Of a DNA stretch of 64,000 nucleotides, positions 26,150 through 36,781 are shown piece after piece. Where the stretch lies: the NCBI RefSeq assembly GCF_006345805.1, contig NC_043006.1, forward strand, positions 60,822,001 to 60,886,000, written 5' to 3'. The translations under genes and the position numbers were made by a program. Under the pieces are notes generated by a model. The model did no database searches. It saw nothing but the letters and a program-made list of their open reading frames with translations, and had not been told where the DNA came from. This DNA is from Octopus sinensis (taxonomy: Eukaryota). The stretch's first letter is position 1. Every line of letters starts with the position of its first letter.

Positions 26150-27225
26150 CAGTAGTTTTATTTTTATAGCGTGCTTTCACTTCACTACCGAGCGCAGCTC
26201 TGTGTGTCTTGGGTATGTGCTGTTATTTGTTGTGATGCTCTGATGGTTATTGTATGGAAAGTGTTCTGCGTAGGATGTTTGCAGTGCCTAGTAGTGCAAT
26301 TTTCTGTATGCTATATGTGTTTGTAAGTCCTGGTGTTTTTGTTATGTATTTGTCTGAATATTTTTTTATCATGCCTAATGCACCTACTATGATAGGAATT
26401 GTTTCTGTTTTCAGATTCCACATTCTAGTTACCTCTATTTCCAGGTCTTTGTATTTTGAGAGTTTCTCCATTTCTTTTAGAGACACGTTGTCATCAGCCG
26501 GTATTGATACATTAATTAGAAAGCATTATTTTTCTTCATGACCTCTGACAACTATACCTGGTCTGTTGGCCTTAAGTTCTCTATCAGTGTGTATCGACAT
26601 ATCCCAGAGTATGGTTGCTTTCTCGTTTTCTGTGACCTTTTCTGGTGTGTGCCTATACCATCTTTTTTCTGTTGTTATTCCATAATGTTGGTATAGCTTC
26701 CAATGTATGTAGGTTCTAACTCTGTCATGTCTGTGAATATATTCCTTCTTAGCCAGGACTGGGCAGCTAGAGATAATATGATTTATTGTTTCTTGTCCAT
26801 CTCCACATATTCTGCAGTTACTTGTAATATTTCTTTTCATTACATGTTTTTGGTAATTTCTGGTGGGGAGACTTTGGTTTTGTGCTGCAATTAAAAATCC
26901 CTCTGTTTCTGCTTTGAGTCCTGAGCTTCTCAACCATTGCTGGGGTTTTTCTTTGTCTATTTCTTTTGCGTTTAGTTTAGTCCAGTATTTACCATGAAGG
27001 GGCTTTTCTTGCCATCGTTTTATCATGGTTCGTTGCTGTTCTATTTTTAGTTTGGATTTCATTTGTTTTATAGCTTTTGTTGTTTCTTCATCTTCTTCTT
27101 CTTCTTCATGTTTATTAGGTGGTATGATTTCTTGTTTGTATTTGTCAGCTTCCTTAAATACTGAGAACAGTTTTTTGTTTTGCTCGTGTTTTGCCGCTAT
27201 CTGGATCAGTTTTCCTTCCTTCTGA
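26150..27225 (-). mobile_element. R4/Dong-like LINE 3' fragment, relatively young, flanked by (TTA)n on both sides
   Basis: RWQEKPLHGKYW..LKAETEGFLIAAQNQSLPTRNY..CRICGDGQETINHIISSC..RHDRV..ILWDMSIHTDRELKANRP..EKLSKYKDLEIEVTRMW..IQKIALLGTANILRRTLSIQ*. Same family as 49213-49497. Confidence 0.93.
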
Positions 27226-27226
27226 A

Positions 27227-27276
<50 letters not shown>

Positions 27277-27289
27277 TATTATTATTATT

Positions 27290-27625
27290 ATTTCTAAGTT
27301 TGGCACAAGGTCTACATTTTGAGTGAAGTAATTCAATGTTTTATTGGTACTTTATTTTATCGTGCCCGAAAGGAGGAAAGGCAAAGTTGACCGTAGCAGG
27401 ATTTGAGTTCAGTATATAAGGAACTGAGAAAAATGCCAGTAAACATTTTGTCCGCCCTACTAAAACGTTTCTTGACCGACTGCTATATTTATACTAATAT
27501 TTCCTTTTAATTTCACTTCATTTTATCTATCCCTGAAAGATGAAACGGAAAGTTAACCTCCATTTGAACTCAGAAGAAAAAGACCCGGAAGAAACCGAAT
27601 CAAATATTTTGTCGAACGCCCATTC
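27290..27625 (-). mobile_element. Degenerate family-B SINE fragments
   Basis: CCCGAAAGGAGGAAAGGCAAAGTTGACC and CCCTGAAAGATGAAACGGAAAGTTAACC, the reverse complement of the core. Confidence 0.6.
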
Positions 27626-27993
27626 TTTTCTGCGAAAGTGTTATCTCACAAGACTTTTATAACAAATGGCGTATATCAGATAGCTTGAATTTGGTTGAAA
27701 TTGCTGCAAACATTCAAATTGAAAACAGTCTTTAAGTGCCTTCTAATTACTTGTATTTAATTATAAATCTAACTTCATTAAATCGAAGATAACTGATTCA
27801 TTCAACAACTGAGATAACGTTATATTGCAAATTAGTGAATCACATATATTTTAATTCATTAACGCATTTTGAAGTTTTGGCTTCTCTCTGTCACCCATTC
27901 TTCACCAAACCTATCTTTTTCTGCACTTCCATTCATAATTGTATATCCTTTAACGAATATAAACTTACATATAAGATTAATCTTTAGTGTAGT

Positions 27994-28070
<77 letters not shown>

Positions 28071-28171
28071 ATTAATCAATATAGGGTGGCAAAAAATTTT
28101 GTAGAATTTTTTTGCCACCAGCGGCCTAGTGGGAAAAAATTAAATAGTCATAGACCATTTATAAGTTCAAC

Positions 28172-28842
28172 ATCACAATCAAGGAACGGCCATAATAGGC
28201 CATTCACCCACTAGAAATAACAGCCAAAGCTTCAACCGCAAAATAACATTAATTCCGCAAACCAGGAGAAAATTAAAAAAACATTTACCCTGTAATTTCT
28301 TATACGATGCACCGTTTCATCTATTGTTTAATGGTAAACTAACCTGATTAAATTAAATCAAGCCAATCTTCCATAGGCCGATAGATTCGTCAGTAAGAAA
28401 CAGCCAGATCGGAACAGATATTTTCACGAGGCACTTCTATCCCTGCCTCGGCAATATCTGACCTAAAATTTTCAAATCATCGCACTCGCGCCAAATTTAT
28501 ATTTATTTGCTGCCGATAAATTTGGCGCGAGTGCGATGATTTGAAAATTTTAGGTCAGATATTGCCGAGGCAGGGATAGAAGTGCCTCGTGAAAATATCT
28601 GTTCCGATCTGGCTGTTTCTTACTGACGAATCTATCGGCCTATGGAAGATTGGCTTGATTTAATTTAATCAGGTTAGTTTACCATTAAACAATAGATGAA
28701 ACGGTGCATCGTATAAGAAATTACAGGGTAAATGTTTTTTTAATTTTCTCCTGGTTTGCGGAATTAATGTTATTTTGCGGTTGAAGCTTTGGCTGTTATT
28801 TCTAGTGGGTGGATGGCCTATTATGGCCGTTCCTTGATTGTG

Positions 28843-28844
<2 letters not shown>
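28172..28844. repeat. 673-bp foldback palindrome (329-bp arms, 15-nt spacer); PLE-type terminal repeat duplicated in inverted orientation
   Basis: Arms 28172-28500 and 28516-28844 are reverse complements with one mismatch seen; each arm contains an HHR. Confidence 0.95.
28616..28720 (+). ncRNA. Type I hammerhead ribozyme with intact core and 56-nt stem II loop (mirror copy on the minus strand at ~28296-28400)
   Basis: Stem I TTTCTTA/TAAGAAA; core CTGACGA; stem II ATCTAT/ATAGAT; GAAA; near-palindromic stem III ACGGTGCATCGT; GUA cleavage triplet after 28713. Confidence 0.8.
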
Positions 28845-28890
<46 letters not shown>

Positions 28891-28927
28891 GAACAAAGAG
28901 ATAGAGAGAGAAAGAGAGACGCTGATA

Positions 28928-28961
<34 letters not shown>

Positions 28962-28972
28962 AATGTGCGTAT

Positions 28973-29367
28973 ATACTCTTTACTCTGTTACTTGTTTCAG
29001 TCATTTGACTGTGGCCATGCTGGAGCACCGCATTTAGTTGAGCAAATCAACCCCAGGAATTATTCTTTGTAAGCCTAGTACTTATCCTATCGGTCTCATT
29101 TGCCGAACCGCTAAGATACGGGGACGTAAACACACTAGCATCAGTTGTCAAGCGATGTTGGGGGGACAAACATAGACACATAAACATACACACACACACA
29201 AACATATATACATATATACATATATACGAGGGGCTTCTTTCAGTTTCCGTCTACCAAATCCACTCACACGTCTTTGGTCAGCCCGAGGCTACAGTAGAAG
29301 ACACTTGCCCAAGTTGCCACGCACCGGGATTGAACCCGGAATAATGTACTTCGTAAGCAAGCTACTT
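28973..29367 (-). mobile_element. tRNA-derived SINE (family A), 5' end slightly truncated
   Basis: Homologous to 15033-15463. Confidence 0.88.
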
Positions 29368-29682
29368 TATTTCATAAAATTTGTCATCATAGACAGTACA
29401 AAGAGTGTGTAGCTTTGCGGGCTGGACAAACACATTAATGAATGAAAATGAAATAGAATGAATAAATGAGAGACGAAACCCAATACCCGCCGATTGGATT
29501 TTTCTCGAAAACATTTTCTTTTTTTAAAAAATCAATATGAGGTTTCAAACCTCTTACAAGAAGGAGGCACTAAAACCTCTTACATGACATGTTTTTTTTA
29601 AACACACAATTGAGGTTATAAACCACTACAAATAATACAATAAGATAAGGTTTCAAACCCTATAACGAGGGTCTTTCACCTC

Positions 29683-30321
29683 CTACTCTTCGATATATCC
29701 ATCGATATATTCATCATTATCTTCAATGCCGCTTGAGTTCCTGTATCCCGCCATTTCCCATGCCTCACTCATGTAGGACATGTAAGTCGTGTAAGAGCCA
29801 CCCGGCCATATGCGACATTCCTCCTTAAAACCTCTAAGCCTTTCCCACATGGGAAACCTAATGACCTCCACAGTTATCTGCTGAGGCCATTCGGGATCCA
29901 GTGTGAAGGGCATATCTACTGTCTCTTTATGTTCTTCTACTATTTTTTCCACCTCCCCGCCCTTATAGAAAAAGATAATTAATTGATCATCTTTAAGGGT
30001 GGGGGTGGTTTCTTCCACAGTGGGTGGCACAACTTCGGGACAAGCAGACGGCACATCATCTCCCCGCTGAGATGACCCGTTCTTCTTCCTTCTTTTTTTT
30101 TTCTTTTCTTCCTGACTTCGGGAGAGTGGAGCTCTTCCGCTTTCTATATCCAAAATAGAAAATCTTCTGCACATCTCGAGATACGTGTGATTCGAACTAG
30201 AAACTTTCACAAAGTGAGAGAGTCCGGAAGTGAACACTATTAAATTTACATCTAATGTAGGATAAAATTTATCGCCGAGGAGGAGAAAATTCTTATGAAT
30301 TAACTCTGAAATTGGGGCCAA
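29683..30321 (-). CDS. Orphan intronless ORF, 212 aa (163 aa from the more likely ATG at 30174); function unknown
   Basis: Uninterrupted non-microsatellite frame with an NLS-like KKKKRRKK, a Trp/Tyr/Met-rich middle and an acidic C-terminus. No family recognised. Confidence 0.45.
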   Translation of the reverse strand: MAPISELIHKNFLLLGDKFYPTLDVNLIVFTSGLSHFVKVSSSNHTYLEMCRRFSILDIESGRAPLSRSQEEKKKKRRKKNGSSQRGDDVPSACPEVVPPTVEETTPTLKDDQLIIFFYKGGEVEKIVEEHKETVDMPFTLDPEWPQQITVEVIRFPMWERLRGFKEECRIWPGGSYTTYMSYMSEAWEMAGYRNSSGIEDNDEYIDGYIEE

Positions 30322-30807
30322 TACGGTAATAACGGATTTTTTTAGAAATTTCTATCGGCTTGTTTTGAGACGCATAAATTATAATGGTTAGCGACAATTT
30401 TGTCTATTTTCGGCATATTTAGCATTAGAATTTTTCTTTTGCCCTTATTTTATGAGTTATTTATAAATTTAACCTTTAAAGGTATTTTTTAATATGTTTT
30501 CCATTCATAAAATTTAATAGTGTTCACTTACGGACTCTCTCACTCTGTGAAAGTTTCTAGTTCGAATCACACGTGTCTCGAGATGTGTTGAAGATTTTCT
30601 ATTTTGGATATATTTGGGGTACTTACGTCTGCTGAGGACTTAGTGCTTGCTTTTTCCATGGGTATGAGTAAGTATTTCATTTATGTCATACGTATTCATC
30701 GGTGAGGAGGAGAAAATTCTTATGAATTAACTTGGGACCAATACGGTAATAACGGAATTTTTTAGAAATTTCTATTGGCTTGTTTCGAGACGCATAAATT
30801 ATAATGG
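30145..30807. repeat. Interleaved 103-bp inverted repeat (30145-30247 / 30510-30612) and ~115-bp direct repeat (30271-30387 / 30698-30807)
   Basis: Direct comparison: about 5 mismatches in the inverted arms; direct copies differ by a few substitutions and a short indel. Confidence 0.9.
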
Positions 30808-30808
30808 G

Positions 30809-30905
<97 letters not shown>

Positions 30906-31626
30906 CGTATATAAAGTTATATATTTACATATATACACTTATCTGCATATATACAAATATATCTATATTCATATAATCAAATACTAACATAAATACATAG
31001 ATACATACATATATAAATGAATACGTTCCAAATATACTCAAAAGGGAAAGCCACATCCTCAGAATTGAAAACTACGAGGCAGATACTCTGAGAATACAAT
31101 TGTTTCGTACGACCCAAAAGATGCTGGACCCGCCCTACCGAAACAGAATCTCAGATGCGTGCATGGTTACACATCCCGTATGCTAAAGGATAAGATCAGT
31201 ATTTACAGGTAGACTACATATACGTTACATTCTATCTAGAAGACTATAACTTCGGTATCATAAATCAGGTTAGTGCAAGACGAATAAATAGCAACTAAAT
31301 AACTGATGAGACAAAAAAAAATACGACAAAAACTCCACAATTTGATAAAAAATGTCTTCTTAGCGTATCATACCCCTCAGCGTATCATACCCCTCGCAAG
31401 ATAATACCGGCGCCTGAGGTATGATATATTTGGAAAGACTATTTATAATGCTGTCCGTCAGAATGCCCTAACGTATATATGAAACGCATGTCAGAATTAG
31501 CCTGTATAGCACCATTACTTCAAGTAAATATAAATGTAAGTGTTTGTGTATGTATACAACCAACCAAACAAACAAACATACACACATACGTACATACAAC
31601 ATACATATATACATATATATATATAT

Positions 31627-32270
31627 GATGGCTGCCCCCTCGTTATCGAGTATGGCCATTGCGCGAAGCTTAACTGTTATTGGTGCTGAGATCGAATGTG
31701 ACTTTTATTTGCTTTTTAAGGCTACAGCCAGCATTGAGTTGAGACTCACAGCACCATCAACAATCATGAACAATGTTGTTATCGTGTAATGCATGTGCAA
31801 GAAGATTTTTTAAAGTGAGGAAAGGTTGTGCATTGAGTCAATCCCACTCACTATGTAACATCAGCCATAATCCGAAAAGAAGAACAAGTCAACATCATCG
31901 GTAACCACTGAGCCGCAGGTTTTATGTCGGAGTTATCCCAGTTACCTCAGTTATCTTCTCCTAGAAGGATGCCCTAACAAAGGCTAGGAGTCCTTCACTC
32001 CCAATGGTTTAAACGCCCGATCGGATATTCAATCCGATTATTTCTATGTCCCCGCGCATGATACAGCCTTAAGCCTTAAGAAAAAAAATTACACATTTAT
32101 TGGATGGCCGTTGACTCTCAAGACTTCTTCCGCCCTTTAACGGGTTTTGTTTTTCATCCCGCAAGGTGTCCAATAAACACCCTCCTCACCATGCAAGCTT
32201 GGTGGGGTTGCTGGTTTAGAAGCCGACGGCCCGACCATGCAACAGGTTGTACTGGGTTACATGTTACCAG
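31627..32270 (-). mobile_element. RTE-derived short element: 3' tail at 31627-31720, probable 5'-UTR-like part to ~32270
   Basis: Tail CAATAACAGTTAAGCTTCGCGCAATGGCCATACTCGATAACGAGGGGGCAGCC matches 9430-9487. The extent of the 5' part is inferred. Confidence 0.55.
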
Positions 32271-33059
32271 TATATACATACATACATATATACATGCATA
32301 CAACTGTTCCACACAGTGTACAGTTGTGGAAAGCCGATTCAAAACAGTCTATCGCTGGAATTGTAAAAATCTACAAAACTTTCCAGAAGTTTATCCTTCA
32401 AGTATATATGAGCATGTCTAGATATGCAACTATATGCGCGAGATTACATAAAACAAAACATACACATTTGCACCTATACCTATACACATACAAAAATACT
32501 CTGTTGATGTTGAAGTTTCAATAAAAGGGCCTTGGATGTAGGTCAGAAACTGTTGATTAAAATGATAAAGATTACAAATGAAATAGTCATTTCCCCCTTT
32601 AAGAAAAAAAATCAAGTTGAAACTGTTGACACTTCAAAGAGTCCTGTCAGTTACCGTCGTCCGTCCTTTTTTCTTAATTTCTTTTTTCGTCCCAGAATCA
32701 TTCATACAACTTGAAAGACAGATATTCTCCCTATATTTTTGTGAGATATTTTTGAGTCATGGGCACTTGATTTTTTTTAAGGCGAAAATTACTATGTTAT
32801 TAAATATAAAATATTACTATGTTATTAAATATAAAATATTAATCTTTATCATCTTAAACAGAGTGACAACCCCTATAGACGGAGATCAGGTGCAATGGTA
32901 AGTGTTGAATCTCATAAGAACGGAAAAAAAACAAACAGCAACAACAAATGCTGCTGTAACGTTGAAATCGTTGCCACAGTGAAGTCAATTAAATACGTCA
33001 TCAAGAATAAAAGAAAGGAAATGACCAGGCGACTGTTCAAATAAAAACGATAACGAAAT

Positions 33060-33581
33060 TAGTCAATATTTAATGGGGAGGTATATTGGACCACTCGAAG
33101 CAGTTGCATCCACTTAAATGTTTCAGTTCATGAAGGAGCATCTGCAATAATGAGACTGCCAGTGCTATACAGAGACAACCAGATGAACAAGGAATATTGC
33201 TCAGAAATTATGAGGACATATATGACTGTCAATGAACAATGTATGAAAACAACGTTGACAGATTTCTTTTGATTGTGCATCAATGATGACTTTACAAAAC
33301 AAACATTACTTTATGCTGAAGTACCCATGTATTTCACTTGGAGAAATGGTAACAAAGAATGGCGAAGAAGAAAGCGAGGAAAAATGTTGAAGGCCATTTG
33401 AACGTTTTCAAAGAAGAAACACTTGGTCGTGTTTGTATTGTCACATCAAATGTAGGAGAACTGTATTATTTAAGAATTTTGTTGCATGAAGTTCGCAATA
33501 GTACTGCTTCCTTTCTTGCTGCGCATCGACATTTTCAACATGGATTGTGTGTGACCCAAGGGATCACGGCGGGTACATCTA

Positions 33582-33582
<1 letters not shown>
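33060..33582 (+). mobile_element. Helitron fragment (Rep-helicase linker) joined to a Helitron 3' end
   Basis: MGRYIGPLEA..KTTLTDFF*LC..TLLYAEVPMYFTW..WRRRKRG..ETLGRV..GELYYLRILLHEVR; ends with a GC-rich segment and CTAG|T at 33579-33582. Confidence 0.85.
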
Positions 33583-33630
<48 letters not shown>

Positions 33631-33689
33631 ATGAACTCAAATGAAGTAGCCAAAGAATAGTCTACTCTGAGCTACGTAGACAGTTGAGA

Positions 33690-33880
33690 GTTGTCTCTAT
33701 CCATGATAAATTTCCTCCTTGATGATTTCAATGCGCGCATAGTTTGGGATACATCCATAGAGAGTGACGTAACAGAGAAACACGGGGTTGGCAAGACAAA
33801 CTCAAACGGCCATCTTCGGCTTCAGTTTTGCAGTGGGTATAGAATTTTGGTTACTAATACTACTTTCCAACTCCCAGTCC
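33690..33880 (+). mobile_element. RTE-type apurinic endonuclease fragment
   Basis: DDFNARIVWD..EKHGVGKTNSNGHLRLQFCSGYRILVTNTTFQLP. Confidence 0.8.
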
Positions 33881-34181
33881 TGTTTCTCCTCAACTCAAAG
33901 ATTAGAGCAACATTTAATGTTGCTACCTTAATGCTCTTATTCCCATAATCACTGGTGTAAATGCCAGTAGGTGCGAGACAACTTTAAGTTCGCGTAGGGA
34001 AATTTGGTTTCCAAACAATTGTTCGAATTTTGTACACACATCAGTATGTAACATGTAAAGGGGATTAAGTGTTAATTTTGGTAGCAGGTTATGATTTTGC
34101 CTGTATTTTTAATTTCAAGTTTCAGAAAAGGGTCCAGAGATGATATACCTTCCAACCAACATAAAAACCTATACAAGAATA

Positions 34182-34551
34182 TCTTTCTTTATTACCCACT
34201 AGGGGCGACACAGAGGGGACACCACAAGACATGGGGACATAGAACATTATAATTAATTTTATGAAGGATGAATTATTACATGAAAAAAATGATAATATGA
34301 AAGCGATGCTAAAGGCCCCATCCGTTAGCATCACTTACCTGTCCTTTGGTTTTCACCGTCACTTGAATGTTCATTCCCAATACGAATACCTTCCATATCC
34401 ATTCTTACCCCGAAATACTCCTCCATATTTTTCACGAATTCATCGCTCATTCTTGTATCTTTCACCTCCCAATTCTCCCTTTCACACCTCAACATAAACT
34501 CATCTATTCTCTTCTTTTCAATCACAGCATGCCTAGTCTCATCAACTTCAT
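34182..34551 (-). mobile_element. 5'-truncated retroposed insertion (probable L1/Tx1-type LINE 3' end) with 17-bp target-site duplication
   Basis: AAACCTATACAAGAATA at 34165-34181 and 34552-34568. Open frame ..IEKKRIDEFMLRCERENW..RTGK*, then a tail CCCCTCTGTGTCGCCCCTAGTGGGTAATAAAGAAA matching the family-B SINE tail. Confidence 0.6.
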
Positions 34552-34813
34552 AAACCTATACAAGAATAGCACACACAAGCATAACGTTATTCTTTTCTAC
34601 GTCTCCTCGAAGACGATATTCTAATAGCTGCTAAAATATAAGCGCGTACATAAATATTAGTAACTGTTTCACTGCTCGCAGTAAACGCACGAACTCGTAT
34701 ATGTGGGCATGAGTAAGTTCAAACATTCATATTTAAACACAAGCAAATACATTATCATTTATCGATATCTATCTATCTATCTATCTATCTTCCTATCTAT
34801 CTATTTCTTTCTT

Positions 34814-34852
<39 letters not shown>

Positions 34853-34853
34853 T

Positions 34854-34895
<42 letters not shown>

Positions 34896-35002
34896 TATAC
34901 ATATATAACAGCGGTGCATCAGCACGGCCGCAGCTCTGAGCTGAAACAAGAAAAAAATGCATATATATATATATATAACTATTTTTTATATATATATTTC
35001 TC

Positions 35003-35069
<67 letters not shown>

Positions 35070-35132
35070 ATATATGCCGCTTGATCGAGCGTGCATGGGG
35101 TCGTTAGCATTTCCAGATTTTTAATCTGGAAT

Positions 35133-35191
35133 ATCATGCTGAAGAAGGAAATGAATTTTACACCATTCTAACCCTGAAACGTGTACGTGAT
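35133..35191 (+). ncRNA. Type I hammerhead ribozyme, core intact
   Basis: Stem I ATCATG/CGTGAT; CTGAAGA; stem II AGG..CCT; GAAA; stem III ACGTGT; GUA site after 35185. Confidence 0.75.
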
Positions 35192-35685
35192 TAACTAAGG
35201 CTGGTTAGTTTCGTTATTTTTCTTCCCTTTTTTGCCTATGTAAGTTACGAGTATTACTCTCTGTAGAGTATTACTCTACTACTCTCTGTAGTAGAAGAAT
35301 TAGTAGTTTGACTGCTATTTCCAAATTTCGGTATGTGGTGAGGCAACTTTTGCTGATCCCTTAATTATATTTATAATTATAAAAAAACTTTTTGTATAAG
35401 TTTCTACCGATAATGATTTTTTTTCCATACCGAACTACTCGGTAAAATTAGTAATTATTAAATTAATTATTCTTTACCCTTTATCTATAATAATAATTCA
35501 CTCCCTGATAGTAAACTGTAGTTTTTCTGCGGTACTGCTTGTGACGCACATGGTGAACCTGAAGATTTTTACGGAATTACTCGTCTAAATGAATTCAGAA
35601 ATTTTGTTTCCCTTTTGTTATGTTCGATGTCGCCTGATCGAGCGTGCATGGGTTTGTTAACATTTTCAGATTTATAATCTGGAAT

Positions 35686-35744
35686 ATCATGCTGAAGAAG
35701 GAAATGAATTTTACACCATTCTAATCCCAAAACGCGTACATAAT
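35686..35744 (+). ncRNA. Second hammerhead copy with a G12A core mutation
   Basis: ATCATG CTGAAGA AGG..CCC AAAA CGCG TA CATAAT; palindromic stem III ACGCGT. Confidence 0.55.
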
Positions 35745-35913
35745 TAACTAAGGCTGGTTATTTTCGTTATTGTTTTCTTCGTTTTATTTTGCCTATATGA
35801 GTTACGAATATTACTGTCTGTAGAGATATATTGTAGTAGGAAAATTAGTAGTTTGACTGCTATTTCCAAATTTCGGTATATGGTGAAGCAACATTTGCTT
35901 ATCCTTTAATTAT

Positions 35914-35959
<46 letters not shown>

Positions 35960-36058
35960 GTATATGTATGTATGTATATATATATTATATATATATATAT
36001 ATAATATATATATGTATATATTTACATATATATACATACATATAACTATATATATATA

Positions 36059-36352
<294 letters not shown>

Positions 36353-36377
36353 TCAAGAAATTGATTTTATTAAGATA

Positions 36378-36456
36378 CATTTTCTGATGAAGGGTAAGTT
36401 GTCCACCTGGTTTGTAAGATGTATTAATTTTTCTCTAGAAACAGCCGTTGAAAGTG
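36378..36456 (+). ncRNA. Degenerate hammerhead-like motif
   Basis: CTGATGA AGGG..GAAA CAGCCG TT GAAAG; core present but stems I and II are imperfect. Confidence 0.35.
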
Positions 36457-36781
36457 AACCTCCTCGAACTGTATTATATACCTTATATACCATTTATATT
36501 TAAAACAAAAACACACCGATCGCTATGGGTCTTTTAATCGAAACTTTTAACCGTTCTTAATTTCAGTACAAGAAAACGTTTCCAGTCTTCTTTTTCTCCT
36601 ACTTCCTTCCATACGTATCCCACATGAGTTGTATTTACATGTACTTTTATGTATAGTTATATTTTATGAATATTTAAAAAAAGTATTCATATATGTCGAT
36701 ATGTATTAGTATATGTATACGCATTTTAAGTCTATTTTACAAATGTATGAGTATGATCGCCTAATTTGAATTTATATATAT

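Larger units (their letters stand above)
35074..35920 (+). mobile_element. Retrozyme-like element: ~300-bp direct repeats at 553-bp period, each with an HHR, inserted in (AT)n
   Basis: 35074-35375 and 35627-35920 are homologous; HHR motifs at 35133-35191 and 35686-35744; no coding capacity. Confidence 0.8.

Noticed and set aside
28085-28119. GGTGGCAAAAAA..TTTTTTGCCACC 12-bp hairpin as a Rho-independent terminator
   Set aside because: The context is eukaryotic and there is no upstream gene; it is more likely part of the adjacent repeat end.
31060-31165. Imperfect hairpin with GAAACAATTGTA on the minus strand and a nearby CTGAGGA as a hammerhead
   Set aside because: The core halves are in the wrong order for type I, and stems I and II do not pair for a permuted type.
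32100-32270. HDV-like ribozyme at the presumed RTE 5' end
   Set aside because: I could not build the nested double pseudoknot (P1, P1.1, P2, P3) by eye; it needs a descriptor search.
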